The translations under genes and the position numbers were made by a program. Positions 49,428-61,749 of a stretch of DNA of 64,000 bases are shown piece by piece. Below the pieces are notes generated by a model, which saw only the letters and a program-made list of their open reading frames with translations, ran no database searches and was not told the origin of the DNA. Origin of the DNA: Antedon mediterranea (taxonomy: Eukaryota > Animalia > Echinodermata); NCBI RefSeq assembly GCF_964355755.1, contig NC_092674.1, positions 20,832,001 to 20,896,000 of the forward strand, written 5' to 3'. The number at the start of each line of letters is the position of its first letter. Position 1 is the stretch's first letter.

Positions 49428-49476
<49 letters not shown>

Positions 49477-49677
49477 CTAGTATGAACAACCTTCAGAAAA
49501 CACACCTCTTTCTACGAACAATCATAATTTCAAAACAAACCTATGTAACCCACAATACCAAGAAATAATATTTATCTTAAAATCACATTGCAACTATTTT
49601 AATTGGTCGTCAACTTATCACATTGACTTTATTGTTTGTTTTTTTGTTTGTTTAAATGGTGTTTAACTATTTTTTAT

Positions 49678-49798
49678 AAACTGATAATCTGTACATCGCT
49701 GTGCATATGTGAAGTACTCTTCTCTCATTCTTTTTATCATCTTTAGATACAGTTTCTTGGATGGATTGTTTTATCTTCAGAAATCCTTGCTGAAATTC
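49678..49798 (-). pseudogene. Fragment duplicating the GPCR C-terminus and proximal 3' UTR
   Basis: ATACAGTTTCTTGGATGGATTGTTT...AGAAATCCTTGCTGAAATTC matches 48277-48328; the flank also matches 48186-48270. Confidence 0.7.
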
Positions 49799-49899
49799 AA
49801 TCCATTGGCTGCCAATTTGACTATATTGCTAAAAATTACATTTGTTTTCAAGTAATTAATTTTCTATTCAACTTTTGATAAATTGAATAACTATAACTT

Positions 49900-51125
49900 T
49901 CATGTGACATTAAAGTGAAATATTCAATAAAAAAAAAATAAAAATCATACATTCTCACTCCTGAAGAGGATCAAAGCATATTGATGGAAACGTCGAGAAA
50001 CTCAACAGTTCTTTTCAGAACTAATATACGTGGTATACCGCAAACTTTATATCAAAAAACATACAATTATATCTTTAAGAAAATATTATCCCAAACACTA
50101 TCTTAACGATAGCAGTACGCGACATAATACGCCTACCTCACATGTCATAAAAAAAATCAAATATATTCGTGCAATGGAACGAACAATTTTATTCGGTGCA
50201 AGATGACAGTTTTGTTTTTTACTTTCTCTCGGTCTCTTCGCCTCGTGAAATTATAACCGTTCATTTTTCAACTCATGGAATTATTCGTATTATTCCACTC
50301 ATAAACATTTAATATTTAATATTATATTCATCAAAATGATATCTCGATGGTCGGAGATACGGTTTAAAGTTTCAGGAAGTGATGTTCTATTAATTTATAA
50401 TTTCAACTAAAAGAAAATAATGTATTGTTGATTTCTAAGAAGTAAAAGAAATGTGTGGTTTCTTCTCGTACTGAGAACACATTTTAAATTTATCTTAAAA
50501 TAATATAATTACATGTGAGGCAATTACGCGACATTAAAATGGAATATTCAATAAAGAAAATGTAATTATATATATTTTTTTTCAGGGGGACATTCAATAA
50601 TAAATGTATCTTTAAGAAAATATTATCCAAAAAACACACCTTTGAACGATTACAGAACAAGAGCGGTTACCTAATACGCCTACCTCACATGCTTTATGCT
50701 TACTATGCAAATAACGATGACTTTATATTTGTTCAATGGAACAAAACATTTTGTTCGGTGCAAGATGACAATTTTGTTTTATACTTTCTCTCGGTCTCCT
50801 CGCCTCGTGAAATTATAACCGTTTATCTTTCATCTCATGAAATTATTTGTATTATTGCACTCATAAACATTCATTATTTGTATATTTATCAAATATCTCG
50901 AGTTGCTTTTTAAGCGACATCTTCAACTCAGGAATATGTTACTTTATAATATTTTACATAATATAATTTTCATGAAAAATGTTATTTACACATTGTGGTC
51001 GACAATACGATTTAAAGTTTCAAGAAGTCATGTTTAAAAAATGTTTGATTTCGAAGAAGTAAAAGATCTGTGGTTTCTTCTCATAAGAGACACGTTTTTA
51101 TCTTCAAAGAATATAATTACGTGAC
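49900..51125. repeat. Diverged tandem duplication, unit ~560-600 bp
   Basis: TTCGGTGCAAGATGAC...TCTCTCGGTCTC...CGCCTCGTGAAATTATAACCG at ~50192 and ~50754; other blocks are also shared. Confidence 0.75.
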
Positions 51126-51781
51126 ACCGTTTTTACTGTAGGTTTTAATTTAGTTTAAACCTTAGAAAATGCCCCCAAACTAATGCCCTAACGGATTAAC
51201 AAAAATGTGTTAATGCGCATGACTTTAAAATACACTGTATTTTGATTGATTTCACCAGCACGAGCTTTTTACAGAGCCGATCTACTAAAATGTAAATTGT
51301 GGAAAATAATAGGCCAAAATAGCCATGTAAATTAAACATAATGTTTACAAAATTATAATGTGTTAATTTTATAGAACTAAATGTTTATTTGATTTGATGA
51401 GAAATCAAAACGATGAACATTATACAAAATCGTTGATGTGCGTAAACAAATGTGAATAAGACATTGAAATTGAAAATGCAATCAATTTAATTGTTTTAAT
51501 TGAACAAGAATACTATACTATTATCTTAACAATATTATTACAATTTCATTCATCAATTTAATCTTCGCTAAAGTATTTAAACATAATGCTCAGTACTGTA
51601 TATACAGTTGGACGGTTTAGAATTGGTTAAGGTGTATAAAATTAACAAATCAAGTTATGGTAGCTAAACACTATTATACAAAACAACACATTTCTTTTGA
51701 AATGTCGACAATCATTAAGTTTCATGAGAGTGAGTGACATTTGAAATTTAAGCATTTTCAAATACAAATTGACATTCAAAC

Positions 51782-51933
51782 TAAAGCTGTCAAACTTTAT
51801 GTGACAACAAATGTGATATGCCCATATATGGACAAGTTGACATCATATCACGACCACATTTGGGCATATCACTACCACATTTGGGCACATCAAACCTTTT
51901 TGTCAAACTAGTTTGAAAGTGTAGACAGAGCTG
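51782..51933. mobile_element. Small Harbinger-like MITE
   Basis: Inverted GTGATATGCCCA / TGGGCATATCAC internal repeats; end GTGTAGACAGAGCT. Confidence 0.45.
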
Positions 51934-52746
51934 AAAGTTTCTGAATTCTAAACTGTGCCGACAGAGCTAGCTGGGAGATGTCACAGTGACTACTGCATGT
52001 TACATTATACATAGCGGATGTGGAGTCGGGAGAGGGTGTATTTTCTAAGCTTACTGATCAATAAATGCTAAGCTAATGTTTTTAACCACCCCGTTGTGTG
52101 TATTTATAAATCAAAACAAAATGCAGGAACATGTCATGCTGTACTAGTTATTTTTATCAGATTGTAAAACGGTGCGTCATGCTCGACTACCCAGCTACAA
52201 CCTGATGGATGGAATATTACTTACTTTTATTTATATTCTCTGTAAATAATTGCAATGTATTTTTAGCTAATGTAAATCCGATTGATAAATTGGAAGTGTG
52301 TACAAAAGATGGAAGTTTGGAATGAAAGTATATTTCATCAGTTATTGCAATTTTTTAATATAAATGTTCAAAATATGACTGTTAACACTAAGAGAGACCC
52401 AGTTGGAAATTTCAGCACAAGTCCTAGCTCTAAATATACATAATTATATTAAGATATGACGGTTCTATATAATAACTTTCGTCTGTCTGATGAATTCATT
52501 GTTTCATTCAAGTTTTATTTACACAAAATATGGGTTATTATATTCAAAATTGTTCAAATTATTCAAAGTCATATTGTACAATGGCAAATTATAAAAAAAA
52601 ATCAAGTTAACAAACACATCCAGAAAAACTGTTGGTATGTGGTGGCCATATGGTGATTATTTAGTTTAAAGAATATCTATTACAACAATATGTATATTGA
52701 CACCTGTCAAGATGTATAAAACATATGAAATGATACCAGTATAATA

Positions 52747-52902
52747 CAGTCAATTCTCCCAATACCGGACTTTCTAAAAACGGGAAAGCTTTACCTAATC
52801 CCAACTTGTTTTAACATTAAAAACACATTCAAAATACCATAATTTCTGGAAAACCAGACATAACAGGCGAGCAAAAGGGTCTGGTATTGGGAGAGTTGGC
52901 TG
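52747..52902. mobile_element. Tc1/pogo-type MITE
   Basis: TA-CAGTCAATTCTCCCAATACC ... GGTATTGGGAGAGTTGGCTG-TA. Confidence 0.65.
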
Positions 52903-53135
52903 TACTAACAATATAGCATAATTCTATTTTTTGACTAACACCATATTTCTTTTATATTCAATGATCGACATATTGTTGTATCTGAAATCATAGAATCTAA
53001 GCACAACAAAGACAAAGTACAAACCATCACATGGCAAAATAGTTTGGCTTCTTTAAAGATTGCTGCAGCAAACAATGATTTACTGCAAAAACTGCGGTTG
53101 TTAACATTGAGAGTCACATGTTATTAGTAAGGTCG

Positions 53136-56100
53136 TCATCTCCAGATACGGCAGGTATTATCTTTACTACCTGAAAAAAAAGAAAAGATTGACCAAAACT
53201 AATATATTATTGATAAATTCTTTATTTACCGAAATATATGTTGCTTGTGTTTTAAGGCTCTTTTCTATCAAAATAGGGGTTACTATAGTAGAGCCCCTGA
53301 ATTCATAGAGGAAATACATGTTTTAACACAACAGCCAACACCTATTTAGCGAAAACCCAAGTGGACATGAAAGCATCCTTTTAAACCTCCACATATGTAC
53401 TGTATACGTACAAGTAAAATGTGTGTATTACTTCACACACATAATACAGTGCATGATACTGATTACATTTCACGCCTTTAAGATGTATTTGTTGAAAATA
53501 AAGTTAAATGTGGCACGGATCACATTTACCAGCAAAACTATTCTTTTTTAAAATTATTCAAGAAAATTCAGACATAATAATAATAATAATAACTGGTACT
53601 TGATATGGCGCATTATGCTGAAAGCCTCAATGAGCTTTTCAAAGACAGACAAATTTTGAAAATTAAAAATTCAAAAGGTGGGTTTTGAGGAGAGATTTGA
53701 AGACACTGGTGGAAATTGCCTGACTGATTTCAATAAGCAACGCATTCCATAGAGAAACGGATGCCGAAGAAAATGAACGATTTCCATAAAACTTAGGGTT
53801 TAGTATAAACATTTTTCAAGAAACCTACTAAGATGAAAAAAATGTTGGCTAGGTCTAGGTTAGATTTGTCGATGACTGATCCTACAGTACATACCTTTAG
53901 CCCTCTAACAGAAATAAAAAACGTCATAAATTAAAACGTATATGTATCCGTATATGTGTTGATACGGATATGTATGCATATACGCAAGTTTGCCAAAACT
54001 CTATTAGCAATTGATTTTACCTGTAATAATAGTGCTACCCTCATAGTTAAAAGCACAGCTAAATATTTCATCAGTATGACCTTCTAGAACCTGTAGACAT
54101 TTACCCGTCTTAGAGTCCCACAACCGACCTGTCTTATCTGCACTTGCGGTTAATATTTTGCTTCCTTGAGGGTTAAATGAAATCTATTAAAAAAAAATAT
54201 AAACAACAAATAAAATAGCATTTTCTGAGTAAGAAAAAAATTGGTTTCTGACTAGTAGAGTGGCCGAGTGCTTAAAGCAGAGCGTCGCAAAGTATAGCTA
54301 TACAATCAGCAGATCAGTGTTAGAACAAGTGATTTAGGATAAGGACTTAAAAATGGCAGTCCAGTGTACACATTTGGGGGGCTACTTAGAGGTACTGGTC
54401 CATCTCATACCCTACTGTGTACAGACGATTGAGCACTGTGGAAGCTGTATGACAAAGTGAGTAACATCCCGACTAACCTTTGATATTTCTCCCTCATGAC
54501 CTTCAAGTTTGCATACGCACTGATGTGTTACAGCATTGTATACACGTGCTGTACCTATAGAAAGAAAAAGCATCATCTTGAATTTTGGGTCATTCCAATT
54601 CAAGCATACTCAATAATTAAATGTTGCACGTTACCCTTTCGATTTCTCCCTTATTTTCTAAAACTTAGGAAAGTTAATGAAAATATGGATGTTTCATGAA
54701 AATTCAGTGGGCCACATCTTTTACAGCATGATTATAGCTTTAGGGCTGCTGGTGGTACAAATATTCTTACTACAACAAGTATTCTCTGAAGTAATTAGTA
54801 TTCGATAAAATAATGGAGGGAAGAAAATCAGGCAAACATCTGAATAAAAAACATCAGAAATAAACAAATATTTACCATCAGCAGAAGCGGTTGCAATGTA
54901 CTGGCCTGTATAATCAAACACCACGTCCAGAATTTCATCTTCGTGTCCACGCAAAGTACCAACACATTTGCCATTATCAGTAGACCATATCTTGCAGCAC
55001 TTGTCCATTGAACCAGTAACAATTAATGAGCAATCATAATTAAATTGGGCTGAGCTTATCTCACCACGGTGTCCTATCAATGTGTATAGTTGCCTAGCAA
55101 AAAAAAATGTACAAAATATACACTACTTTTTATATTACATTAACAATAACACTTTGACTGCCAGCGGTTTTTCCAGTTAGAAACTGCCACCGCCAGCGTT
55201 TATAGCCCAATTCGATGTTTTTATCAAAGCTGATTGAAACTACGTATGTGATCTGATTTACATGTAATTTAGACTAAAATAATCAAAAAGATTTTAGCTT
55301 TACAATGGTACCAAGAACGTAAATCGTAATAGTAAAATGAAAGTAACCCACTTTTTGAGTTTTTCGTAGTTTTGCGCAAGAAAGTCGAGATATACGCGAT
55401 TTTGTGCAAGACATCACAAAATGAAAATATCGCCCGGTGAGATCAACAAACAACGAAAAATTACTTACACGGCACCGGTAGGCCTATAAAAACAAGTTAT
55501 CACTATCGAAAAATGTATTACATTTTATAAATCATAAATCTTACATCAATGTTTCGCCAAAATCCACATAGTAAAGACACCAGGCCTAGTTAACTAGGCC
55601 TAAAGTTGGTCCAGAACCGTTTTACGACTAGCCTAGGCCTAGGCTATAGCCTAGTACTACTAGCCTAGCTAGTAAAATGATGATAATATTCATACCATTT
55701 CTAAACAAGTTTGTTGCGTGAAACTCGGCCACTTACAGTGAAGCACCAAAACAATTAGGGTATACATACAATAATAAAATTAAAGACTTCATATTGAAAA
55801 TTCATCCATTATTTTTTATTCAAATAACAAACACAATGCGCCAAACCATCGCTGTACGCGCTACTGTGATGCGCGGTGTATGTTATTTCGACAGGTACCA
55901 TTTTGACAATCGTTCGTAACCAGATTAGTTACTTTCAAAAAGTAAAATATTCACGGTCCAGACCGAATAAGTGTCCATATTTATAGTATATACCAATAAT
56001 TAACCTATCTACCGGATTTCGTAAAAAAACACGAAAAACGAAGATCTTCGTGTTTGGCAGTCAAGCGTTGTGTTTCCAAAAACGAAGATCTTCGTGTTTG

Positions 56101-59100
56101 GCAGTCAAAGTGTTAAAGGTTGATTGAGGACCATATTTTTAAAATGTCGCCGCATGCGCTCGCCGTAAATTGCTGTGATGTCACAGGTGCATCGCAAAAT
56201 CTACATAATGAGTCCAGATAAGCAAAAGAAACAATAAAAAAAATCAACATTTATATTTTTTACAAAGCGTGTTTACTAGAAATGCGATTTACCAGGAAAC
56301 TCATGACGAAAATTTTGCAATGCACCTGTGACGTCACAGCAATTTACGGCGACGGCTGTACGGCGCTCGCATGCGGCGATATCCTTAATCTCGAGATGGT
56401 TCTGAAATCATATGTACATTACTAATACTAAAATATGGTCCCCAGTCAAGTTGTCCTTTAACTAAACAAACAAAAGCTGATGGGGTACTATTAATAGAAA
56501 GTTTTTGATTTTGCGATGACATACAACCTACTTATGTGATCATATGGAAGTACTATTCGCATACGTTGGATCAACATTTTTTTTAAGTTTCCAAACCGAA
56601 CTTTGTAAATTGTATGTCCAGATGACAAACTTGGATTCTGTTTTTACAGACATGCAAATTTAAATCATATTTGGGTGTACAGTCACCGCGAAAAGGTAGA
56701 CGATGACGTGAACATCAAAATCGAAAGCTCTATGACCTGTTTATGACCTACATGTGACCATGACTTACATAATGACCTGTTGATGACCTACATATGAGAT
56801 ATTCATGACTTGTTTATGACCTACACATGACCTGTTTACCAAAATTGTGAATAATTTACCTTTTACTTCTGATATCCCAGCAAGACACTGTGTGGTCAAA
56901 TGATCCAGTAATAATCTGAGAACCAATCGTGTTGAAGGATAATGCTATAATTTCAGCAGAATGTCCCTTGAAAAAAAACCAAATAAAACCAATTATAATT
57001 CATTATTCATTGATAAATGTTATTCAATTATTATTATTATTATTTTAAGAATTACTTGTATAGGTATCAAGTCAGGAAATCTTAAATGCCCAATGACAAC
57101 ACTAGTTTTTTTTTGCTTGTCAAATGTAATTTCAGTAGTCCAAGCTAAAAGTTTACTATATTTTGTTTGAGATTTGAACAAGGCTAGTTAAACAGAGGAT
57201 ATTTACACTGGGCTATCTTTTATTAGAAATTGTTTGTTTATTTGTTTTATTAGTTTCTCCACACATTTTGAAATAAAAGATAAAAATTACAAATTGCAAA
57301 TAAGAAAATTACAATAAACAAAAAAAAAACATCAAAAATGTGCGGATGGTGGTCAAAATAAGTTGCGGACAACTTTAAGTCGTGACCACCAGTTAAAAAG
57401 GGTTAACAATTATTTAAAAAATAATAATAATGAAGGTATACAAAATTGACATAGAAGGGGCATAATGTATTTAGATGCCAAAACAAAAAAACTAAAAAAA
57501 GAATTATTATAGAGAATGTATTGTGCATTTGCTTACTGATAATGTACATATTTCTGCCCCTGATTGAGTGTCCCATAGCTTAGCTGTGGTATCCATACTA
57601 CCAGTAGCTACAATGGTGCTCTGAGGGTTGAATGCGACACATACCTGTTTGGAGAAAGAAGATGAAAAACCAAACTTTGGAAGTCACAAAGATAAACTAA
57701 AAATATGAAATAAAAAGGTTAGCTTAAAAGCGGAAGATTTCTAAGAAAAGTTTTTACTGCCAGAATCGCCCCATTGGCTATCTCATAAATTTAATCTCAT
57801 AATCTAATATCGGTACTGATTTTTCACTCTAACCTAATTTTGAAATAAGGGATTCGGACACTAAATATTTCAGCCACCCTAGATTGACACCGAATGACAA
57901 CCCTAGATTGTCGGACATCAAATTCATGATAAAATGACACCTCCCACTACCCTAGTTGGCATGGAACACTCGCAAGCAGAAAGTAGAAAAACAATCAGAC
58001 TTTTTCTGCCTGTAAACACTGTGAGATCTTAGAGATGAGTGTTCTGTGTGAGAACCGTCAGTTGTTTGATCGTTCTCTTCAAAGTGTAGTCAGTATTTAA
58101 TTTTTTTTAAGAGGCAAAAAGGACATGGCTGTTAGCGGGAAGGGGGTGGGGCTAAATCTACTCCTGACTCACTGTACTTACTATTTCTGCTGTGTGGCCC
58201 CTAAAGGTGTGATAACATTTTCCACTTTCAGAGCTCCATAGCTTGCAAGTCTTATCAAATGAACCTGTTGCGATCTTATCACTAAAGAATAAAATAATCT
58301 CTCATCAAATATTGAAAAGTTTAATTTATGGTCGATGGAGATACTTGGAAAAATAAAATATCTGCCCTTACTATAGAAAGGTGCTACAGTATATAACTTT
58401 ATGAATAAAACAAAATACAGAGAACCATAGAGGGTACTAAACTCTATATAGATATTTGCATTTAAAAACATAATAAACAAGAGTTTTGCCATTGTCAGAT
58501 GGGCCAAAGTGGAAACTCATTTTTTAATTTATTAAACACTGGGTGCTGAAAATATCATTTACATTATCAAGATATATAATAATCATAATATAAAATCTCT
58601 TTAAAATAAAAAAAGAAAATCAGGAGAAATTGAATTTTAGCAGGAGATATATATATATATATACAAACTGTTATCTGTACTTTGTTTTTATTTGAGAAAT
58701 AACATTTATTATTGATTGATATGAAGAATAAACGCATACAAAAAGACAATACAGTATACAACATCCTAAAACTCCCTTTAGGAGAGTTGGCAGCAGGTCT
58801 GCTATTCTGAATTAATTTAATTAATTGTAATAATTAATTACCCATAAGGATTATTGAAAGCAATTGCATAGACAACATTGCGATGCCCTTCCAACGTGTG
58901 CAGTTCCTCCCCTGATGCTGTATCCCAGATCTTACATGTTCTGTCATAACTCCCTGTTATAAAACTTGAGCCAGATTTGTTAAAAGCCACGTTTGTTAGC
59001 GGAAGTATATGAGCTCGAAGAACCTAAAATAGTAGTAATGAATACACTTGAACATGTTAACAAAAAACCACAAAACTCTATTTTCAGTTATCGAAACTGT

Positions 59101-61172
59101 TTACTAGAGAGCTTGAAAGACATTGACTTTGAGAAGTTGACTTTGATATGCTGGAATTCAATTCATTTTAAAGCAATATCTAAGATAGGCAAAAGAAACA
59201 ATAAAAAAATTCAACATTTTATTTTTTAATTTAAAAAGTGTGTTTACTAGAAATTTGCGCACTTTGCGAGACTAGTCTATCGACCCGAAAGAGTAGCTAG
59301 AAACATTTCTTTTGCTGATCTGGCTATTGAAGTGTTTCTTCAAATAACAGACTAAACATTTCGGCTAAACCTAATGCAGGTAAAATTAGCAATTGAAATG
59401 ACGGGAACTATCTCTTGTATGTTTAGCAACAATGAAAACTCATAAGGTAGTACACTTGATGTCATAGCAAATTATGGTGACGGCTTTACTGCGAATGCGG
59501 GCGGCGAAATCATAAATATAGTATGTACATCCTAAATTTAAATACATTGTCAAAATATGGTTCTTGGTAAATTTTCCTTTAATGTGTTTTTTTTAATCCA
59601 GCCACTGAATTCAGACTGTGAATGTAGCTTTATAACTGGGTATCAAGCAACCTAAATTAGTTACTTAAACAAAACTTTCTTTATTACCTTAAAAAGAAAG
59701 AATTTGTGATCATCAGACTGAGAAAGTTTGGTCTGAAGTTTCTCGATAAGTTGACGAACTTGTTCCATGCGACTAGGAGTAATCAGCGCTTCTTTTTGAG
59801 CTATCTGGTCCAACAAGGCATCAACATCTGTCCTATAAATATTGAAAAAACACTCAATTAAGAAAATCATAGAATATAATATCACTACAATATTATTATG
59901 GGAATTATGGGAACATGACACTTATTTTGTCAATCAAACTAATCTAATAATTAATATAATTATGTAGATAGGGCTTAAGATATAAAATAGATACTACAGG
60001 GCAGTACTACATACTCTGGTTTTAGATCTAGAAGATCTATAGATTTTGTTTTGACCATCTGACTTCGACTTTGTTCATATTCCAAAATAATACCTAGAAT
60101 GATCAATAAAAAAGATACAATTTATTTGGTTATCTGACATACATGAAAAGATGTGCACCAAATTGATAGTCTAAACGGAAGTGTTTTAAAAGATAATAAT
60201 TAAATTGTCTTAATATGAGAAATGTCGATGTTATCTCTGTGAAAATAAATGCCCAAAACACCGACTGTCATGAAAGAATTTCTTGCAAAATACATGAATT
60301 TCGTGTTACGTGCATCTTGCTTCTTAATCCAACAGAAAAGATGTTAGGCAAAATAGAGTGTATGTGCATTTTACATTATTCTTTTCATTTGACCCTCCAT
60401 TCGGGTAATGCTAATATTTGCCTGGTAGGCCCGGGAGGGCCTGGTGTCGCCCGGTAAGGTTTTATGATATAAAATATTATCACATACATGCTAAAATAAT
60501 ATTTAATGTTATTGTAATATTTAATTGCACATTTTATACATTATTTAAATACTGATTATGTTTTTTCCAAAACTGAAGACCGCCCTCTGTGATAAGTGAT
60601 GTTTCGTGTTGTTGACATGTTGTGACGAATGAAAAGTTTTAACTTTTTTGTGGAATGAAAAATATATATGTTAAATTGAATTAAAACCATACCAGGCGAT
60701 AATACCAATCTGCTACATGGCGATACACGGGCAAAGATTAGTATGACGCTCTGTTCATTCAGGAGATTTTTAAATTAACAATACATGCCGATCCAGAAAT
60801 CACACAAAAAAGCTGTTATTTTTGTTTTTTTGCGATTGACAGATCAGGACGTTTTTCATCTCTAAGATGGCTTCCGTGGATTTACGAGTAAAGCAAAGAT
60901 GTCCACTCAGTGCTGATAGGTCGGTTAAAATGCTTTTATTATAACTTTAAAAATAGGACGAAACGTCCCTGATTATATGCCAACCAATAGAAGGCTTACC
61001 ACAAACACAATGTTACGTTCAGGAGCTGCTGCCGCCGTGTGTGGCTGGATAATGTGGCGGTGTTCCTAAATATAATGAATTAAATATAAAACATTTGAAG
61101 AATAATGTAACTTAATCAAATAGTAGACATACCTGGTGGATAATACCTCAATAAAAAACGCTTTAACTTCAT
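53136..61172 (-). CDS. DAW1: Dynein assembly factor with WD repeats 1 (DAW1/WDR69/ODA16), ~417 aa, 11 exons
   Basis: Phase-consistent GT-AG exons: 61133-61172, 60015-60093, 59688-59832, 58842-59023, 58182-58281, 57537-57644, 56860-56966, 54876-55093, 54478-54554, 54021-54183, 53136-53170 (1254 nt). Reads [19 protein letters not shown]...[10 protein letters not shown]...[19 protein letters not shown]...[11 protein letters not shown], the characteristic DAW1 termini. Confidence 0.96.
53576..53800 (-). mobile_element. L2-like LINE 3' fragment in the last DAW1 intron
   Basis: Minus strand reads [17 protein letters not shown]...FKSLLKTHL, followed by an (ATT)n tail. Confidence 0.6.
54255..54380 (+). 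mobile_element. Decayed tRNA-derived SINE remnant
   Basis: A-box-like GTGGCCGAGTGCTTAAAG plus a core-like GGATAAGGACTTAAAA...GTCCAGTGTAC. No cloverleaf. Confidence 0.35.
55150..56112. mobile_element. piggyBac-like MITE in DAW1 intron 7
   Basis: TIR CACTTTGACTGCCA / TGGCAGTCAAAGTG; TTAA on the right and ATAA on the left; duplicated AAAACGAAGATCTTCGTGTTTGGCAGTCAA near the right end. Confidence 0.7.
56117..56457. mobile_element. Kolobok-like MITE sharing a TTAA with the adjacent piggyBac-like MITE; related copy at ~59170-59578
   Basis: TTAA-AGG...GGACCATATTTT / AAAATATGGTCC...CCT-TTAA; internal inverted CGCATGCG...CCGTAAATTGCTGTGA blocks. Confidence 0.55.
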
Positions 61173-61234
61173 TGTATTTTATGGGTAAAATGTGTTTTTG
61201 CAGAGCTTACTCTTCTTACACAAAAAAGCATCAA

Positions 61235-61249
61235 GTTGCCAAGTGAAAT
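61235..61249. promoter_or_regulatory. Candidate RFX X-box ~60 bp upstream of the DAW1 ATG
   Basis: GTTGCCAAGTGAAAT: perfect GTTGCC half-site with a degenerate second half. Ciliary genes are typical RFX targets. Confidence 0.4.
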
Positions 61250-61749
61250 ACTGCCCTCAGTGGGAAAAACAGCAATTCAAATAATACACCACACACAGCA
61301 CAGTAGTAATCTGTACAACACAAAACGATCCGCCGGCGATTTTTTTCCCGTACGAGAGTTCCTCCATCGGTTCGTTTCGGACTCAATCGACTCTTCGGTA
61401 AGCCACCGATGCTCACTGATGCGTGACAGACAGCAACCACAAAACGTGAGCAGCTTTTTTGATACTATTACTACTAGCCTACCAGGCTAGGCCTATACTA
61501 TACTCACTGTAAATATAATAATATATATTAATAGTAGTACTGAACCTCATTGTAATAATAATAATAATAGGGCTAAAATTTTAATAATACAGTATGTCAC
61601 GATATTACTGCCCGACACAAACACAAACTAATAACTAGAATTTAATTCGTCACTTTGACGAATTATAGGTGATCATTTTTATCGCTTTACTTACATTAAT
61701 ATTTTTTAAACATGCACGTACGTTAACATACAATAGGAAAATGTTGATG

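Noticed and set aside
49430-49474. (TA)n tract as a functional element
   Set aside because: Ordinary microsatellite.
54255-54330. tRNA gene
   Set aside because: Only an A-box-like start; no T-arm or acceptor stem, so more likely a SINE remnant.
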